DNA of 64,000 bases, from contig OY820905.2 in assembly GCA_963555755.3 (NCBI GenBank), positions 544,001 through 608,000 of the forward strand, given 5' to 3'. The first letter of the stretch is position 1, and the number at the start of each line of letters is the position of its first letter. Below the pieces are notes generated by a model, which saw only the letters and a program-made list of their open reading frames with translations, did not search any database and was not told the DNA's origin. The translations under genes and the position numbers were made by a program. Below, in pieces: positions 29,428 to 40,350 of this stretch. This stretch comes from Nitrospirales bacterium. Lineage in GTDB: Bacteria > Nitrospirota > Nitrospiria > Nitrospirales > UBA8639.

Positions 29428-31686
29428 TTAGTCGTGAAGCTTGCGTTCCAAGCTGGTATTCCAACGTTCGAATAACTGAGAAACAGCCGTATTTATCTGA
29501 CATCCAGACGTTGAGGAATGACCGGCAATCTCAATGACGAGGTGTTCCCCGCCTACTTCTCCAATAACAGCTGCAGGCACATCACGTTCTGTAGCCAGGG
29601 CTAAGACGCGGTCCGCATGATCCGGCAACACCGAAAGTACCACACGAGAGGGGCTTTCTCCAAAGAGCAAGGCATCCACTCGTAACCCATCTGCATCAAG
29701 TTGAATAGTCGCTCCCAATACCTTACCTTCCGCCACCTGAGGCGAAAAGCAACATTCGGCAATCGTCACAGCCAAGCCACCGTCTGAACAATCATGCGCC
29801 GACTGAATCCATCCTTGCTGAATCATGTGCAGCAGGCAACCATGAAGTGCCTTTTCAGTCTCTAAATTGAGCCAGGGAGGGCTACCCTGCTCCCTATAAT
29901 GTACGACTTTCAGGTATTCAGTTCCACCTAAATCTTCTTTGGTTTCGCCGAGCACAATAATGCAGTCGCCAGGGTTCTTAAACCATTGGGTAGTGACGTT
30001 GTCAGCCGGCTCAATGAGCCCCACCATCCCTATAATCGGCGTGGGGTAAATCGACAGGCCATTGGTCTCGTTGTAGAGGCTCACGTTGCCGCTCACCACC
30101 GGGACATTAAACGCCCGGCAGGCATCGGCAATGCCTTCAATCGCCAGCACAAACTGCCACATAATATCCTGCCGTTCGGGATTGCCAAAGTTGAGGCAAT
30201 CCGTCACGCCAATGGGTTGAGCCCCGGAACACACTAAATTGCGAGCCGCTTCGGCTACGGCTAAGGTGCCGCCCACATAGGGATTTAAGAGGCAATAGCG
30301 GCTATTGCCATCGGTAGTCATGGCCAAGGCCTTGTTGGTCCCCTTGATACGCACCACCGCGGCATCAGACCCTGGCCGCACGATAGTATTGATGCCCACC
30401 ATATGGTCGTATTGCCGATAGACCCATGCTTTGCTTGCAATCGTCGGCGACTCTAATAACGACAACAATACATCGGTGGCATTTTTCACATCAGGCAGAT
30501 TGTCACAGGTAAAAGACTGCAAGATGTCCTGATATTCAGGTGGCTTCAGCGGTCGTTCATACTTTGGGCTTTCATCGGTCAAGGCCTTGGCAGGAATTTC
30601 AGCCACCACTTTTCCATGTTCTTTAATGCGTACAAACCCATCGCTGGTGACTTTGCCGACCACCGCCGCATCGATCCCCCACTTTTTACAAATAGCAATC
30701 ACTTGATCCTCTTTACCAGCCTTGGCCACGAGTAGCATGCGTTCCTGTGATTCCGAGAGCATCAGCTCATAGGGCGTCATGTTGAGCTCACGACGCGGGA
30801 CATCAGCCAACTCCAACTCAATCCCTGTCCCTGCCCGTGAGGCCATTTCACATGATGAACTTGTCAGGCCAGCTGCGCCCATATCCTGAATACCGGCAAG
30901 GAGATCTTGCTCTAAGAATTCCAAACATGCTTCCAACAGTAATTTTTCCAAAAAGGGATCGCCGACTTGAACATTTGGACGTTTTTTCTCTGAGGCATCG
31001 TCAAAGCTGTCGGAGGCCATCGTCGCGCCATGAATGCCATCGCGCCCGGTCTTTGCCCCAATGTACAACACCGGATTCCCGACCCCTTCAGCCGCCCCAC
31101 GCAGCAATTGATCGGTTTTCACAATGCCGAGACAAAAGACATTCACTAAAGGATTCTTAGCATAAATGTCGTTAAAGACAATTTCCCCGCCGACCGTCGG
31201 CACACCGATACAATTCCCGTACCAGGAAATTCCGGACACCACGCCTTTAACCAAATGCCGGTTCTTTGGCCGGTCCAATTCGCCAAATCGGAGAGAATCA
31301 AGAAGTGCAATGGGCCGGGCACCCATCGTAAAGATATCGCGCAAAATCCCGCCCACCCCCGTCGCCGCCCCCTGAAAAGGCTCGATAAACGAAGGGTGAT
31401 TATGGGACTCCATTTTAAACACAGCACAGAGACCATCCCCGATATCCACAGCCCCAGCATTTTCCCCTGGCCCCTGAACCACCCGCTCCCCTTCCGTAGG
31501 AAAGCGCTTCAAATGAACCCGCGAACTTTTATACGAACAATGCTCGCTCCACATCACCGAAAACACCCCAAGCTCGGTGAGATTCGGCTCACGCCCAAGG
31601 TGCTTGAGTATCTGCTGATACTCCTCCTCCGACAGCCCATGCTGTCGAATCAACTCTGGCGTAATGTCAGTCTGAGATTGCTGCAT
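29428..31686 (-). CDS. purL: Phosphoribosylformylglycinamidine synthase subunit PurL
   Basis: [47 protein letters not shown]. Confidence 0.98.
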   Translation of the reverse strand: MQQSQTDITPELIRQHGLSEEEYQQILKHLGREPNLTELGVFSVMWSEHCSYKSSRVHLKRFPTEGERVVQGPGENAGAVDIGDGLCAVFKMESHNHPSFIEPFQGAATGVGGILRDIFTMGARPIALLDSLRFGELDRPKNRHLVKGVVSGISWYGNCIGVPTVGGEIVFNDIYAKNPLVNVFCLGIVKTDQLLRGAAEGVGNPVLYIGAKTGRDGIHGATMASDSFDDASEKKRPNVQVGDPFLEKLLLEACLEFLEQDLLAGIQDMGAAGLTSSSCEMASRAGTGIELELADVPRRELNMTPYELMLSESQERMLLVAKAGKEDQVIAICKKWGIDAAVVGKVTSDGFVRIKEHGKVVAEIPAKALTDESPKYERPLKPPEYQDILQSFTCDNLPDVKNATDVLLSLLESPTIASKAWVYRQYDHMVGINTIVRPGSDAAVVRIKGTNKALAMTTDGNSRYCLLNPYVGGTLAVAEAARNLVCSGAQPIGVTDCLNFGNPERQDIMWQFVLAIEGIADACRAFNVPVVSGNVSLYNETNGLSIYPTPIIGMVGLIEPADNVTTQWFKNPGDCIIVLGETKEDLGGTEYLKVVHYREQGSPPWLNLETEKALHGCLLHMIQQGWIQSAHDCSDGGLAVTIAECCFSPQVAEGKVLGATIQLDADGLRVDALLFGESPSRVVLSVLPDHADRVLALATERDVPAAVIGEVGGEHLVIEIAGHSSTSGCQINTAVSQLFERWNTSLERKLHD

Positions 31687-31857
31687 ACCTAGAAAACTAA
31701 AGGAAAGCTTGAATGTGCTAACTGGCTGTAAATAACGATTTTCTTTTGTTTTTCCCCTCTTTTGTAAGGAGGGGTCAGGGGAGGAAGAAGACTTCTATCT
31801 CATGATTTCAGATCATACAGGTTCTGAGGGAAAAGGAAAAGGTGGAATATTTTAAGT

Positions 31858-31943
31858 GGGGTTTCGTCCCCACACGTCGAGACACTTTTGTTTCGGCAAA
31901 ATTGTTCAAAACCATTTTCGCCGGTGCGCGGCCCCATGGGGAT
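31858..31943. repeat. 86-bp repeat arm, inverted relative to 34522-34607
   Basis: About 68/86 identity to the reverse complement of 34522-34607 (hand count). Confidence 0.8.
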
Positions 31944-34521
31944 CAATGGCATTCGTTTAAGGAATGGGCGGCATTCGTTTAAGGATTTGGCTCATTCGTT
32001 TAAGAAACGGATTCCATGTGCTTAAGGGACTTTCAGATAGAGGCCATCGACCCTGTGGGGTTCTTGGACTGGCTGTTCTTTTTGGGTGGATGCCACGTGG
32101 ACTCCGGTTTCATGGATGTTCGAGGATAGGATCGGCCCGGCCTCACCCGTTGGTAGTGACTCACAATGGACTCGAAGGCCCGTTGGACGGCGGTCTGCAT
32201 CCGAGCATGGAGCACGAGCAGATCTTCGAAGCTTCGCGCAAACACGTGAAGGCAATGTTTGAAGTTGGTCTTGAATGTCCGCCTCGCCCCGGTGCCGGTT
32301 CCAACTATGGACGATCCGGGAGGGGCCATGGGCTCAGCTGCGGGGGCTTCGGGATTGAGTGCGTGGTCCGCCCGATTGGCGAACAGCCGGTTCATGGTGA
32401 TCAGGACGAAATGCGCGAAGAGCTCTTGTTTGACGCCGCGCTCGGTTTTGGCATGAAACTCCTCGATGAGGAACAGGCGCTTGCTCACCTTGTAGAGTTC
32501 CTCGATGCCCCAACGGGCATGGTAGAGATCCATGAACTCCTGGAGCGGATACCGCTGCTGGGGGCCGACCAGGGTGGTGCCCAAGCAAAATCGGCTGCCG
32601 GCCATCTCATATTTCAGAAGCCGCAGGCTCAACGGGATGATGGCGAGATCAGGATAGACCGCCCGGATGTCTCGTTGCGTGCGTGCGGCGGGGAAGAGGG
32701 TGACCGTGGTGTCGGTGTCCGGGCCGGCAAAAAACTCTTGAATCTCCTTGAACCCGCTGTCTTGGAGACGAAACACGGCGTGGATCCCGGCGGTCCAGTG
32801 CTGATGCAGCAGGACGTAGGAGAAATAGCCTCGATCGTACACCACGACATCGTTGGGCTTCAGCACAGCCAGGTGCCGCAGGGCGCACCGTCGCTCGTTG
32901 CCATGCGCGACGAGGTCGAAATCCCAGGGCACTTGCGACGTGAGGTGGTAGAGGCAACTCAGCAACCCTTGAGGATAGTGTGCATTGTCAGAGGGCAAGG
33001 GGTAGCCACACGCCCGCAACGCGCGGGGCAGTGTAAGCTTGGAGCCATCGACGGCAAACACCCGATGGCCCAACCAGGTGTCGTTGGAGTCGTGTGGGGC
33101 ATAGGCGTCCAGAATGTTCCGGTTGACGGACTGGAAAATGGCTTCGTCCAGTTTGCGACGTGCGACACAAAAGGACGCCGGCGCGATGCTGTGGGGTTGC
33201 GGGAGCGCGAGCGCCAGGTTGTCGCAACTGTCCCACAAGTCATCAATGGTGGTGCCGTAACTTTGGGAGTTGGTTGACGACACCAACCGAAAGATCAACA
33301 GCATCAGGATCAGGGAATCGATCACCCGTTTCCGGACGCGCCACTGGTCATCGTACTGGGCCGCCACGTCGTGGAGGATGTGGACCACCTGTTTCCACCA
33401 GGCGACAAACCCTTCCCCGACGGACCGTGTGCGACTGGCTCGCACGTCGTTGCGATAGCGTGTCTTCACCGTGACGGCTCGATGCCCGGCAGTCAGGCAC
33501 GCGCGCCAGTCGGGTTGGAGCGGATAGAGAAAAATCTCTTTTGTCGTGGGTGGACGGTCCGACGTTGAGCCAAACCGCCCGCGCCCCTCGGTGTAGCCCA
33601 CGAAGTGCCAATTGGCCGCTCGATAACAGGTCCCGGCAAACCGGGAGGGATCGATGAACGTTTCAATCAGCACCGGGCGATAACCGTAGACTTCAACCCA
33701 GTCGTCCCCGATCTGCTTGGTGGCCCGCGCCAGCACATGGCTGGCGAGATTCGGCACGTCAATCCACGGAAAGATCAAAAACCGATCATTGCGCAACACC
33801 AATGGCAGGAGCTTCCTCCGGTGCGTCACGTCCCAGCCAATCCAGTGATCTCTGGGGGCCAGCGCCCAGGCGGCCGAGGCCGAAAACAGCAGACAGCCCA
33901 GCGGGTACGGCTGGGCGGCCGATCTCACCAGATAGCCCAGCTGGGCCCCGATCGGGTGTTTATAGCCCAAATAATGATAGGTCTGCAGGTAGGCTTTCCA
34001 GCTCTCGCGTTCCTCTTTCGAGACCACCCGGTGCAGGGTAATTGGGGCCACGGCGGCGAGGGTGTCGGTGAGTGGCTCGGTGGGGGGCGGCTCGTGAAAC
34101 GCAGGGATGGGGTGTCCCGGCGCGCGCTTGTGGCGCGTGGCCGGCAGAGTCACGATCCCGTGCGCTTCCAGCTCGGTCAGCAAGGTCAAACAGGAATGAA
34201 TCTTGTTGTGGCCCGTCGGCGTGGTCCAGCTGAGATGCTCACAGACGGTGAGGGCCAATTCCTTCCGACTCAGGTGGGGGAACAGCTGGACGGTTTCTTG
34301 GACCTGCGCCAACTGCTTGCGGGTGAACCGCCGCCCGCTAAAGGTCGTCTTGGGTAAGGTGTCCACAGTCTTCATCGAGGATAGTCTCTCAGAAGACGGA
34401 AAAGAAGTCAAGCGAAAAAGGACACCAGGGCGACTTCGGTTCAGAAGCCCTGATCAATCAACCAGTTCCGCTGATAACAGAGAAGGCAGATTGTTCGTTC
34501 GAACCAAACCGAATGCCATTG
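31944..34521 (-). mobile_element. IS4-family element encoding a DUF4338-transposase fusion
   Basis: TIR CAATGGCATTCG / CGAATGCCATTG; higher GC than flanks; no direct TSD. Confidence 0.85.
32033..34411 (-). CDS. DUF4338 (DruA/Mom-like) domain fused to IS4-family DDE transposase
   Basis: N-half: YHYLG, RD.WIGW, RFLIFPW, ETFID..RF.GTCYRAANW..VG.T; C-half: AVDGS, YDRGY, YHARWGIEELYK; start may be ATG 34375. Confidence 0.88.
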   Translation of the reverse strand: MTSFPSSERLSSMKTVDTLPKTTFSGRRFTRKQLAQVQETVQLFPHLSRKELALTVCEHLSWTTPTGHNKIHSCLTLLTELEAHGIVTLPATRHKRAPGHPIPAFHEPPPTEPLTDTLAAVAPITLHRVVSKEERESWKAYLQTYHYLGYKHPIGAQLGYLVRSAAQPYPLGCLLFSASAAWALAPRDHWIGWDVTHRRKLLPLVLRNDRFLIFPWIDVPNLASHVLARATKQIGDDWVEVYGYRPVLIETFIDPSRFAGTCYRAANWHFVGYTEGRGRFGSTSDRPPTTKEIFLYPLQPDWRACLTAGHRAVTVKTRYRNDVRASRTRSVGEGFVAWWKQVVHILHDVAAQYDDQWRVRKRVIDSLILMLLIFRLVSSTNSQSYGTTIDDLWDSCDNLALALPQPHSIAPASFCVARRKLDEAIFQSVNRNILDAYAPHDSNDTWLGHRVFAVDGSKLTLPRALRACGYPLPSDNAHYPQGLLSCLYHLTSQVPWDFDLVAHGNERRCALRHLAVLKPNDVVVYDRGYFSYVLLHQHWTAGIHAVFRLQDSGFKEIQEFFAGPDTDTTVTLFPAARTQRDIRAVYPDLAIIPLSLRLLKYEMAGSRFCLGTTLVGPQQRYPLQEFMDLYHARWGIEELYKVSKRLFLIEEFHAKTERGVKQELFAHFVLITMNRLFANRADHALNPEAPAAEPMAPPGSSIVGTGTGARRTFKTNFKHCLHVFARSFEDLLVLHARMQTAVQRAFESIVSHYQRVRPGRSYPRTSMKPESTWHPPKKNSQSKNPTGSMASI

Positions 34522-34607
34522 ACCCTCATGGGGCCGCGCACGGGCAAATATGGTTTTGGGTCCTTTTGCCTAAACAAAAGGATCTCACCGAGCGGGGATG
34601 AAACCCC
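34522..34607. repeat. 86-bp repeat arm, inverted relative to 31858-31943
   Basis: Reverse complement aligns without gaps to 31858-31943. Confidence 0.8.
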
Positions 34608-34709
34608 GAATAAAATGATTTTTGTTTTGTAGCCTTGGATATAAAGGGCAGAAGCAATAAAGAGCCTGGCAGCAAGATCTCTGGGTATTCAGGGGAAATA
34701 TTGATTTGA

Positions 34710-34742
34710 AAATCCCCCTATCCCCCTTTTCCAAAGGGGGGA
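34710..34742. repeat. CCCCCTTT(T)CCAAAGGGGG REP-like palindrome family
   Basis: Related copies near 17170, 31755, 36901, 41996, 42125 and 49797. Confidence 0.6.
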
Positions 34743-34785
34743 TCTGAAAAGTCACCTTCGGAGCAAGGTGCCGGGAATAGCAAGT

Positions 34786-35646
34786 TTAGGTGGGATTAAT
34801 TCCAACAATATACGCAATCCATGCCAAATCGGCATCGCCTTTTTCGACTCGGTGATAGGTCGTTGTACCTTCGTTGGTTTTCGGATCAGTCCCCTCCCAA
34901 AGAAAATGGACATCCTGAAATCCCGCCTCCCGCAAAAGCTCCATGACTTCAGGCATAGACCATAATCTCCAGTCATACACAAAGGCATCGCGCAGCTCAC
35001 TGCCATCTTCAAAGGAAAAGTGAATACGTGTGGTGTAGAAATGAGTTGACGGATCAAACTCATCCTGATCCCAGATAAAGGTGAAATCACCGATGCCATC
35101 ATTATCGGGATTCTCAACCTCACGCGCCTCTTCCTGAGGGACAAAGCTTTCACTCCCCCCCCAAATATCCAGCATAAACATTCCGCCTGGCTGCAGGGAT
35201 TTTCTGGCTCTTTTAAAATACTGCAGCAATGTGGACCGGTCTTTAAATACCATGTAGCTGAAATTCATGGCCACGGTCATTTGGGCTTGAGAGGGATGGC
35301 GATCAAGCACGTTGCCTTGGACGAGATTGAGGCGTTGTTGTTGTTCTGGAGTCAGACACGAAATATTATGCTTGATGCCCCAATTCAGCGTAGGCCAATC
35401 CAGATCTACACCCATGGCGTAATTATCTGGATGAGCCGTCACAAAGTAGGCTGCAAGCGCTGCGGTACCACAAAAGTCTTCCCGAAAATTATGAAGAGTT
35501 TGCCCTGTATACTCTTCATAGTGATACGCGAAAAACGGAATATCACTGTCTGGGCCTTGGACACTTTTTTGATACAAAGCATGCGGGTCAGCCAGATCGG
35601 CCATTAACGGGCGCTTCCTGGGCCTTTTGGTTTTTTGTTTTGGCAA
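34786..35646 (-). CDS. Class I SAM-dependent methyltransferase
   Basis: LYQKSVQ, REDFCGTA, GVDLD, A.NFS, L.PGG.F.LD, YDWRLW. Confidence 0.8.
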   Translation of the reverse strand: MPKQKTKRPRKRPLMADLADPHALYQKSVQGPDSDIPFFAYHYEEYTGQTLHNFREDFCGTAALAAYFVTAHPDNYAMGVDLDWPTLNWGIKHNISCLTPEQQQRLNLVQGNVLDRHPSQAQMTVAMNFSYMVFKDRSTLLQYFKRARKSLQPGGMFMLDIWGGSESFVPQEEAREVENPDNDGIGDFTFIWDQDEFDPSTHFYTTRIHFSFEDGSELRDAFVYDWRLWSMPEVMELLREAGFQDVHFLWEGTDPKTNEGTTTYHRVEKGDADLAWIAYIVGINPT

Positions 35647-35658
35647 AGGTTCTCCTTA

Positions 35659-35815
35659 GGGCTCGCGCAAGAATAATTTCCCTTGTTTGGGTGCTGAGGC
35701 GCCTGTCTGGCAAGGCGCGAGGACGGCGCATACTCCTCGTATGGAAAGGACGAGCAACGCCGCCAGACAGGATGGATCGACGCCCAAACAGGGGAAGTTA
35801 TTCTTGCGCGAGCCC
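35659..35815. mobile_element. MITE family B
   Basis: TIR GGGCTCGCGCAAGAATAA; TTA duplicated at 35656-35658 and 35816-35818. Confidence 0.88.
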
Positions 35816-36090
35816 TTAGTATGTAAGGACTAGTATAAGTCGTGTATCATAGGGAAGAAACGAATCTGTTTCTAGATGCTTTGAAAACTTTTTTAAATTT
35901 TTGGGAACTTTTTCTGCAAGTTGTCCAATCTCCGATGAGTTTCTTATACTCTTGAACAGGCCGGGATGAAAGAGAACCCCTCACCCTTCCCTTTCCCCTC
36001 AGGGGCGAGAGGAATTATAGGTTGAGCCCCCTCATTGCCATCTCATCGAATATTTATTTTCACGTAAAATTTTACGGAAGGAGTGTTTGA

Positions 36091-36759
36091 ATGGAATATG
36101 CAAAAGAAGAAGGAAAAACTGATGTTCAGGATGACCCGAAGGCCAGGGAGCTTATGAGACAGGCGTTTGAGAAGACTTCGCGATGGCCAGATGGGTTTGG
36201 TGGGTTTGAGGCAGATTTATCGATCAACGTGAATGGCGAGGTGACCACCGGTACGGTGACGGTGAAATCGTCTAAAGAAGTTGAAGTATCACTTCCGAAT
36301 GAGGACCTTCAAAAATGGGCGCAGGGGCAAATTTCCATGATTGCCACGCATCGTGGGCCACGGAACTTTGATGAGTCCGATGGGAAATACAATCTTTCAT
36401 TTGCTGGTCAGGAGAATCATCCTCAAGGACCACGCATCAATTTAGGTGATCCGATGAACTCCTCTTATCGTGTCAAAGATAGTCGCATCACACAGATTAA
36501 TCGGAAAATGCCGTATGTCGCGTTCACAATTAATGTCGAAGATAGTGCGCTGACTCAAGATGACAAATACCTCACCACCCGCTACACCGTGTATTATTTC
36601 TCCCCTAAGGATGGCTCACTGTCGAATGTCGAAAGTTTTTCAGACACTCACACAAGAGTTGGGAGTGCGGATCTGCCTGCGACACGACGCATTATTTCGT
36701 ATGAAAAAGGTGAGATGGTGACGCGGACGATGACGTTTGAAAATCATAAAACCCTGTAA
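36091..36759 (+). CDS. DUF3386-like conserved protein
   Basis: AR.L...AFE....W...F.GF.A, HR....F, S.YRV....I.QINR; RBS AAGGAG. Confidence 0.7.
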   Translation: MEYAKEEGKTDVQDDPKARELMRQAFEKTSRWPDGFGGFEADLSINVNGEVTTGTVTVKSSKEVEVSLPNEDLQKWAQGQISMIATHRGPRNFDESDGKYNLSFAGQENHPQGPRINLGDPMNSSYRVKDSRITQINRKMPYVAFTINVEDSALTQDDKYLTTRYTVYYFSPKDGSLSNVESFSDTHTRVGSADLPATRRIISYEKGEMVTRTMTFENHKTL

Positions 36760-36779
36760 CGGTAGGTTCTTACAAGTTC

Positions 36780-36828
36780 AAATTTCTCCGTTCGTGCTGA
36801 GCTTGTCGAAGCATGAACGGAGAAATTT
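36780..36828. terminator. Long hairpin (palindromic repeat or terminator) after the DUF3386-like gene
   Basis: AAATTTCTCCGTTCGTGCT...AGCATGAACGGAGAAATTT. Confidence 0.5.
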
Positions 36829-36960
36829 ATGTTAATCACCTACTTGCGAACAATATTTACTTCCACAAGCAGCTGGGAATTTATGTGGAAAATGGTTGTG
36901 AAAATCCCCCTAACCCCCTTTTCCAAAGGGGGGATACTGCTGAGCGCTGAAATTTAGATT

Positions 36961-37389
36961 ATGGATCTCAGATCAGAATATCCACGTAGCATGCGCGAAA
37001 GTTTTGGCGGCTACGTCCACTTGGCTCGGATGATTGATAAATGCCGGGCCAAGCATGTGGGCATGTTGGGCGAATATATTTTTCCCTGCCCCATAGATCA
37101 GCGCCTCTTAGATTTTACTGGGATTTCCGGCGACACGTTTCTAGAGACCGTTCACTCTCGAACAGACGATGAAGTCCTTCATTGGCTCCAATCCACCGCC
37201 CTCTCTCACACCCCTCAGGAAATTGAAGATTGGAACTCTACTCTCCTCAACCGTGGACCTGATACAGACGAAAAGCGCGAATATTTCAAAAAGATTCGCG
37301 ACAGCATCGATCCTACCCGCACCGATATTACCACCTGGGCCGATTTGTTAGATTTAGATGAAGGAAGAAAGGTGTCCTTGAGGACGTAA
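36961..37389 (+). CDS. DUF5069-like protein
   Basis: DL....PRS......GYVHLARMIDK.RA...G..GEY..PCP.D. Confidence 0.75.
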   Translation: MDLRSEYPRSMRESFGGYVHLARMIDKCRAKHVGMLGEYIFPCPIDQRLLDFTGISGDTFLETVHSRTDDEVLHWLQSTALSHTPQEIEDWNSTLLNRGPDTDEKREYFKKIRDSIDPTRTDITTWADLLDLDEGRKVSLRT

Positions 37390-37453
37390 CGTGTGCAAGG
37401 GAAGAAAAACCAATAGTGGAAAAATACGCTTTAATCTCGGCCTGCAATGCACT

Positions 37454-38182
37454 TTAAGAAAGCCCCTGCCCGCTGGTTCCGCCACCGAAGCCGCCGAAGC
37501 TTCCCCCGAATCCCCCCTGGCCTGTGCTCCAATATTCTCCACGTCGCCACCGTTGGAACGGATGCCGTCGCTCTGGTCGTGTGAAACGCCAGAGGGCAAA
37601 TACCATAGCCACCACCGCGGCGATTTTCATCCAAAAGCCCCTATTCGAGGACCGTTTCTTTTTTGCAAATTCTTTGGTCACACTGCCAGAGGCTGAGGCT
37701 AAACCAACAGCGGTTTGAAACAACGCTTCTCCAAATTGAGCATTCTGAAACATGGGATTGAGATATTCCTCTGACAATTTGTCCAGATGGGGTTTGCTGA
37801 TCACGGAGAGTAAATTCCGGCCGAGCACGACCACAGCTTGACGTTCTTTCAATGAGGCCAGCAATAAAATGCCCTGTTCTTGCTGCACCGTACCAATTCG
37901 CCATGCTCCATACAGTTCCTTGGCGTAGTCGCGGGCATGACCAAAAGGACTCACTGTTGGAATGGTCACCACAATCATTTCGACACCGGTGCGAGTTTCC
38001 AATTCCCTGCAGACACTTCGAATCCGAGACTTCCATTCATCAGTGAACATCTCCGCAAAATCACTCACATAACCTCTCGGTGTTGGAAATGTGTGTTTTT
38101 TGATTCCATAGGGCGAGTTAGCCCAACACAAGGAAGGTGCCAGCAAGAACGCCACCATCAGTATCGATGAGAGGATTTTCAT
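37454..38182 (-). CDS. TPM (DUF477) domain protein
   Basis: YVSDFA, W.IG....GILLL, TM, Gly-rich tail GGFGG.FGGFGGG.SG. Confidence 0.8.
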   Translation of the reverse strand: MKILSSILMVAFLLAPSLCWANSPYGIKKHTFPTPRGYVSDFAEMFTDEWKSRIRSVCRELETRTGVEMIVVTIPTVSPFGHARDYAKELYGAWRIGTVQQEQGILLLASLKERQAVVVLGRNLLSVISKPHLDKLSEEYLNPMFQNAQFGEALFQTAVGLASASGSVTKEFAKKKRSSNRGFWMKIAAVVAMVFALWRFTRPERRHPFQRWRRGEYWSTGQGGFGGSFGGFGGGTSGQGLS

Positions 38183-38958
38183 GATTTGGCTCCCTGAAAG
38201 CGTCCTTCTTGTGCCAGGGCCTCAACTCGTTCCGTCAATGCGCCTAAGGCCACAAGATAACGATCAAGCAGATGTGGGAATTCGTGTTTGCCTGGTGTAC
38301 TTTGTCCTCGTTTCAATAACCAGACTTCGTGGAACGCGCTGGGGTCAAGCTGCAAGACTGAGGACATGCGATCCAAGATAGCATCCGGCGTGCCTGTGGT
38401 TGCTTGACCCAGTAATCGATACAGCCCACGCAGACAGGGAATCAAGGTAGTGAGAGAAATGGGCAACAATGCATGAATACCTTCAGAATTCCCGTTAGAT
38501 TCGACAAATTGTTGGCGGACTCGGAGTAGGTTGCCACGAATTTCTCGTTCACATTCATTAAACAGGTTCCCGCCCGTGAGGTGGAGTTCAGGAAACGGAT
38601 CGCGCCCGGCCAACATCAGGTGGTGATCACGAATGTCAAAGAACTCCAACGGAAACGTTTCAAGAAAATGTTGCAATTCATTTCGTGTAAATAGCAGCGG
38701 AGTCACGAAACGTTCCTTCGCCCACCGACGACTGAGTGTACTGCATTGCTTCATGATGTCGAGCGTGATGGTGTCAAAAACCATGAGAAGATTGATATTC
38801 GATCGTCCCTCAAGAAAATCACCACCAGCCAAACTGCCATACAAAATAATGGCCGACACATCGTCTCCAAGCCTTTTCGTGACATCGCGGAGATAGGAGC
38901 GGAGGATGTCTTGAGTCCGTTCGGGCATTCCTGCCCAGGTTTTTGGAATTTCAGGCAT
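38179..38958 (-). CDS. Nucleotidyltransferase-fold protein
   Basis: ILYGSLA.GDF..GRSNINLL, FPLEF.DI. Confidence 0.7.
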   Translation of the reverse strand: MPEIPKTWAGMPERTQDILRSYLRDVTKRLGDDVSAIILYGSLAGGDFLEGRSNINLLMVFDTITLDIMKQCSTLSRRWAKERFVTPLLFTRNELQHFLETFPLEFFDIRDHHLMLAGRDPFPELHLTGGNLFNECEREIRGNLLRVRQQFVESNGNSEGIHALLPISLTTLIPCLRGLYRLLGQATTGTPDAILDRMSSVLQLDPSAFHEVWLLKRGQSTPGKHEFPHLLDRYLVALGALTERVEALAQEGRFQGAKS

Positions 38959-38993
38959 GAGAATATTGAAGCGTTGTGAAACCTTTTTTGAAA

Positions 38994-40268
38994 TTAGCGT
39001 GACAGAGCATGCGAAGGGAGTTGATTCGCGCGAGGATCTGGAAGAAAACCAGCGGCTTGCAATCGATCAATCATGCCAAAAGGTGGCGTTTTGCGCAATC
39101 CGGCTGTCGCGGTCAACACTTGATATTGAAGACGGAGGTTATGATCAATGGTCGAAAAGACTCGATTGCGAAGCCAGGCTAGAAGCGGATTGGCGGTATT
39201 CCAAAACAACACTTCTTCATCAGCCAGTCGCTGCAGCATCTCGACTTGGGGGCGCCGTTGATTCTCAAAAACTTTTAGCGCCTCAGCCGAATATGTATCC
39301 TGGGCAAAACAGGTCGTGAGCACATCAGCTAGAGCAACGGCATCAACCATAGCCTGCATCCGGCCTTGCGAGGCATGCGGGTTCATCCCGTGGGCCGCAT
39401 CACCGATCAGTACTGCTCCGTCGGCCACCCACGTTTTAGCGCGGGCACGCCCCGTTCCCATATACGCCGTTTGCTCCCATGTCTCTAACCCTTTAAATGT
39501 CTGACCAAGATCCGGATAAATCGCCTGCCACTTCCGTTGCAAAAACTCAACTCCTTGTTGTTTCACCGCCTGAAGGGCATCCGACGCAACCATAAAAAAT
39601 ACGTACACTTGATGCCCGGCAGCGGGAAAGATCCCAAGAATTTCTTTTTCCCCTAGAAAATACTGAGATTCCAAGAGTTGTTCCGGACAGGGCAAAATGG
39701 AAATCAAATAACTTTCTTTGTATCGATGCAACTGCGTCGCGATACCCAATTTTTCACGAACCCGGGAAAATGGACCATCTGCCCCAACGACCACTTTTGC
39801 GGAAATACGCACAGGCTTTCCTTGGGTTTCAGCCTCAACACCCGCAACCGTGCTCCCCTCTTGGATCAGTGACGTAAAGCTGGTGTTGTACCACAACCCG
39901 CCAGGATTTTGCTTTTCGAGCTCTTTAAGCACGGTGTGATGGACGGTGTTCGGGAGTGTGACGAGAGCACGGTTATACGGTTTGGGCAGAAGATCGTAAT
40001 CGATGGTACATAACCGCTTCCCACCGATTTGGCGAAAATGAAAGTACCGGACAGGATTGACCGCCTCCTTGGGAAGGTTATCGAGGAGATGTAATGCATC
40101 AAGGATTTGCTGACCATTGGGTTGGAGAATCTCACCACGCAAGCCGGTAGGCGGACCAGGACTTTTCTCAAGCACCAACGTTTTGATGCCTTTCTTGGCG
40201 AGTAACACGCCAAGAATGGCACCCCCTCCCCCGGCACCTACAATCACGACATCTGTTTGAATATCCAT
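38994..40268 (-). CDS. FAD-dependent monooxygenase/oxidoreductase
   Basis: VVIVGAGGGG, VGADG..S.VR, LIGDAAH.M.P...QG. Confidence 0.88.
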   Translation of the reverse strand: MDIQTDVVIVGAGGGGAILGVLLAKKGIKTLVLEKSPGPPTGLRGEILQPNGQQILDALHLLDNLPKEAVNPVRYFHFRQIGGKRLCTIDYDLLPKPYNRALVTLPNTVHHTVLKELEKQNPGGLWYNTSFTSLIQEGSTVAGVEAETQGKPVRISAKVVVGADGPFSRVREKLGIATQLHRYKESYLISILPCPEQLLESQYFLGEKEILGIFPAAGHQVYVFFMVASDALQAVKQQGVEFLQRKWQAIYPDLGQTFKGLETWEQTAYMGTGRARAKTWVADGAVLIGDAAHGMNPHASQGRMQAMVDAVALADVLTTCFAQDTYSAEALKVFENQRRPQVEMLQRLADEEVLFWNTANPLLAWLRNRVFSTIDHNLRLQYQVLTATAGLRKTPPFGMIDRLQAAGFLPDPRANQLPSHALSR

Positions 40269-40350
40269 ACCTCTACGCTTCGCTATCTAGAAATGATGGC
40301 CGTACTTGAGGGGAATGTCTGGTTGAACCGACGAAAATTGGCTGACCTAG

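Noticed and set aside
31948..32005. Possible mini-CRISPR
   Set aside because: 12-14-bp repeats with ~9-bp gaps inside an IS end; too short
31964..34357. Long plus-strand ORFs 31964..33277 and 33605..34357
   Set aside because: Antisense shadows of the GC-rich transposase fusion with no recognisable motifs
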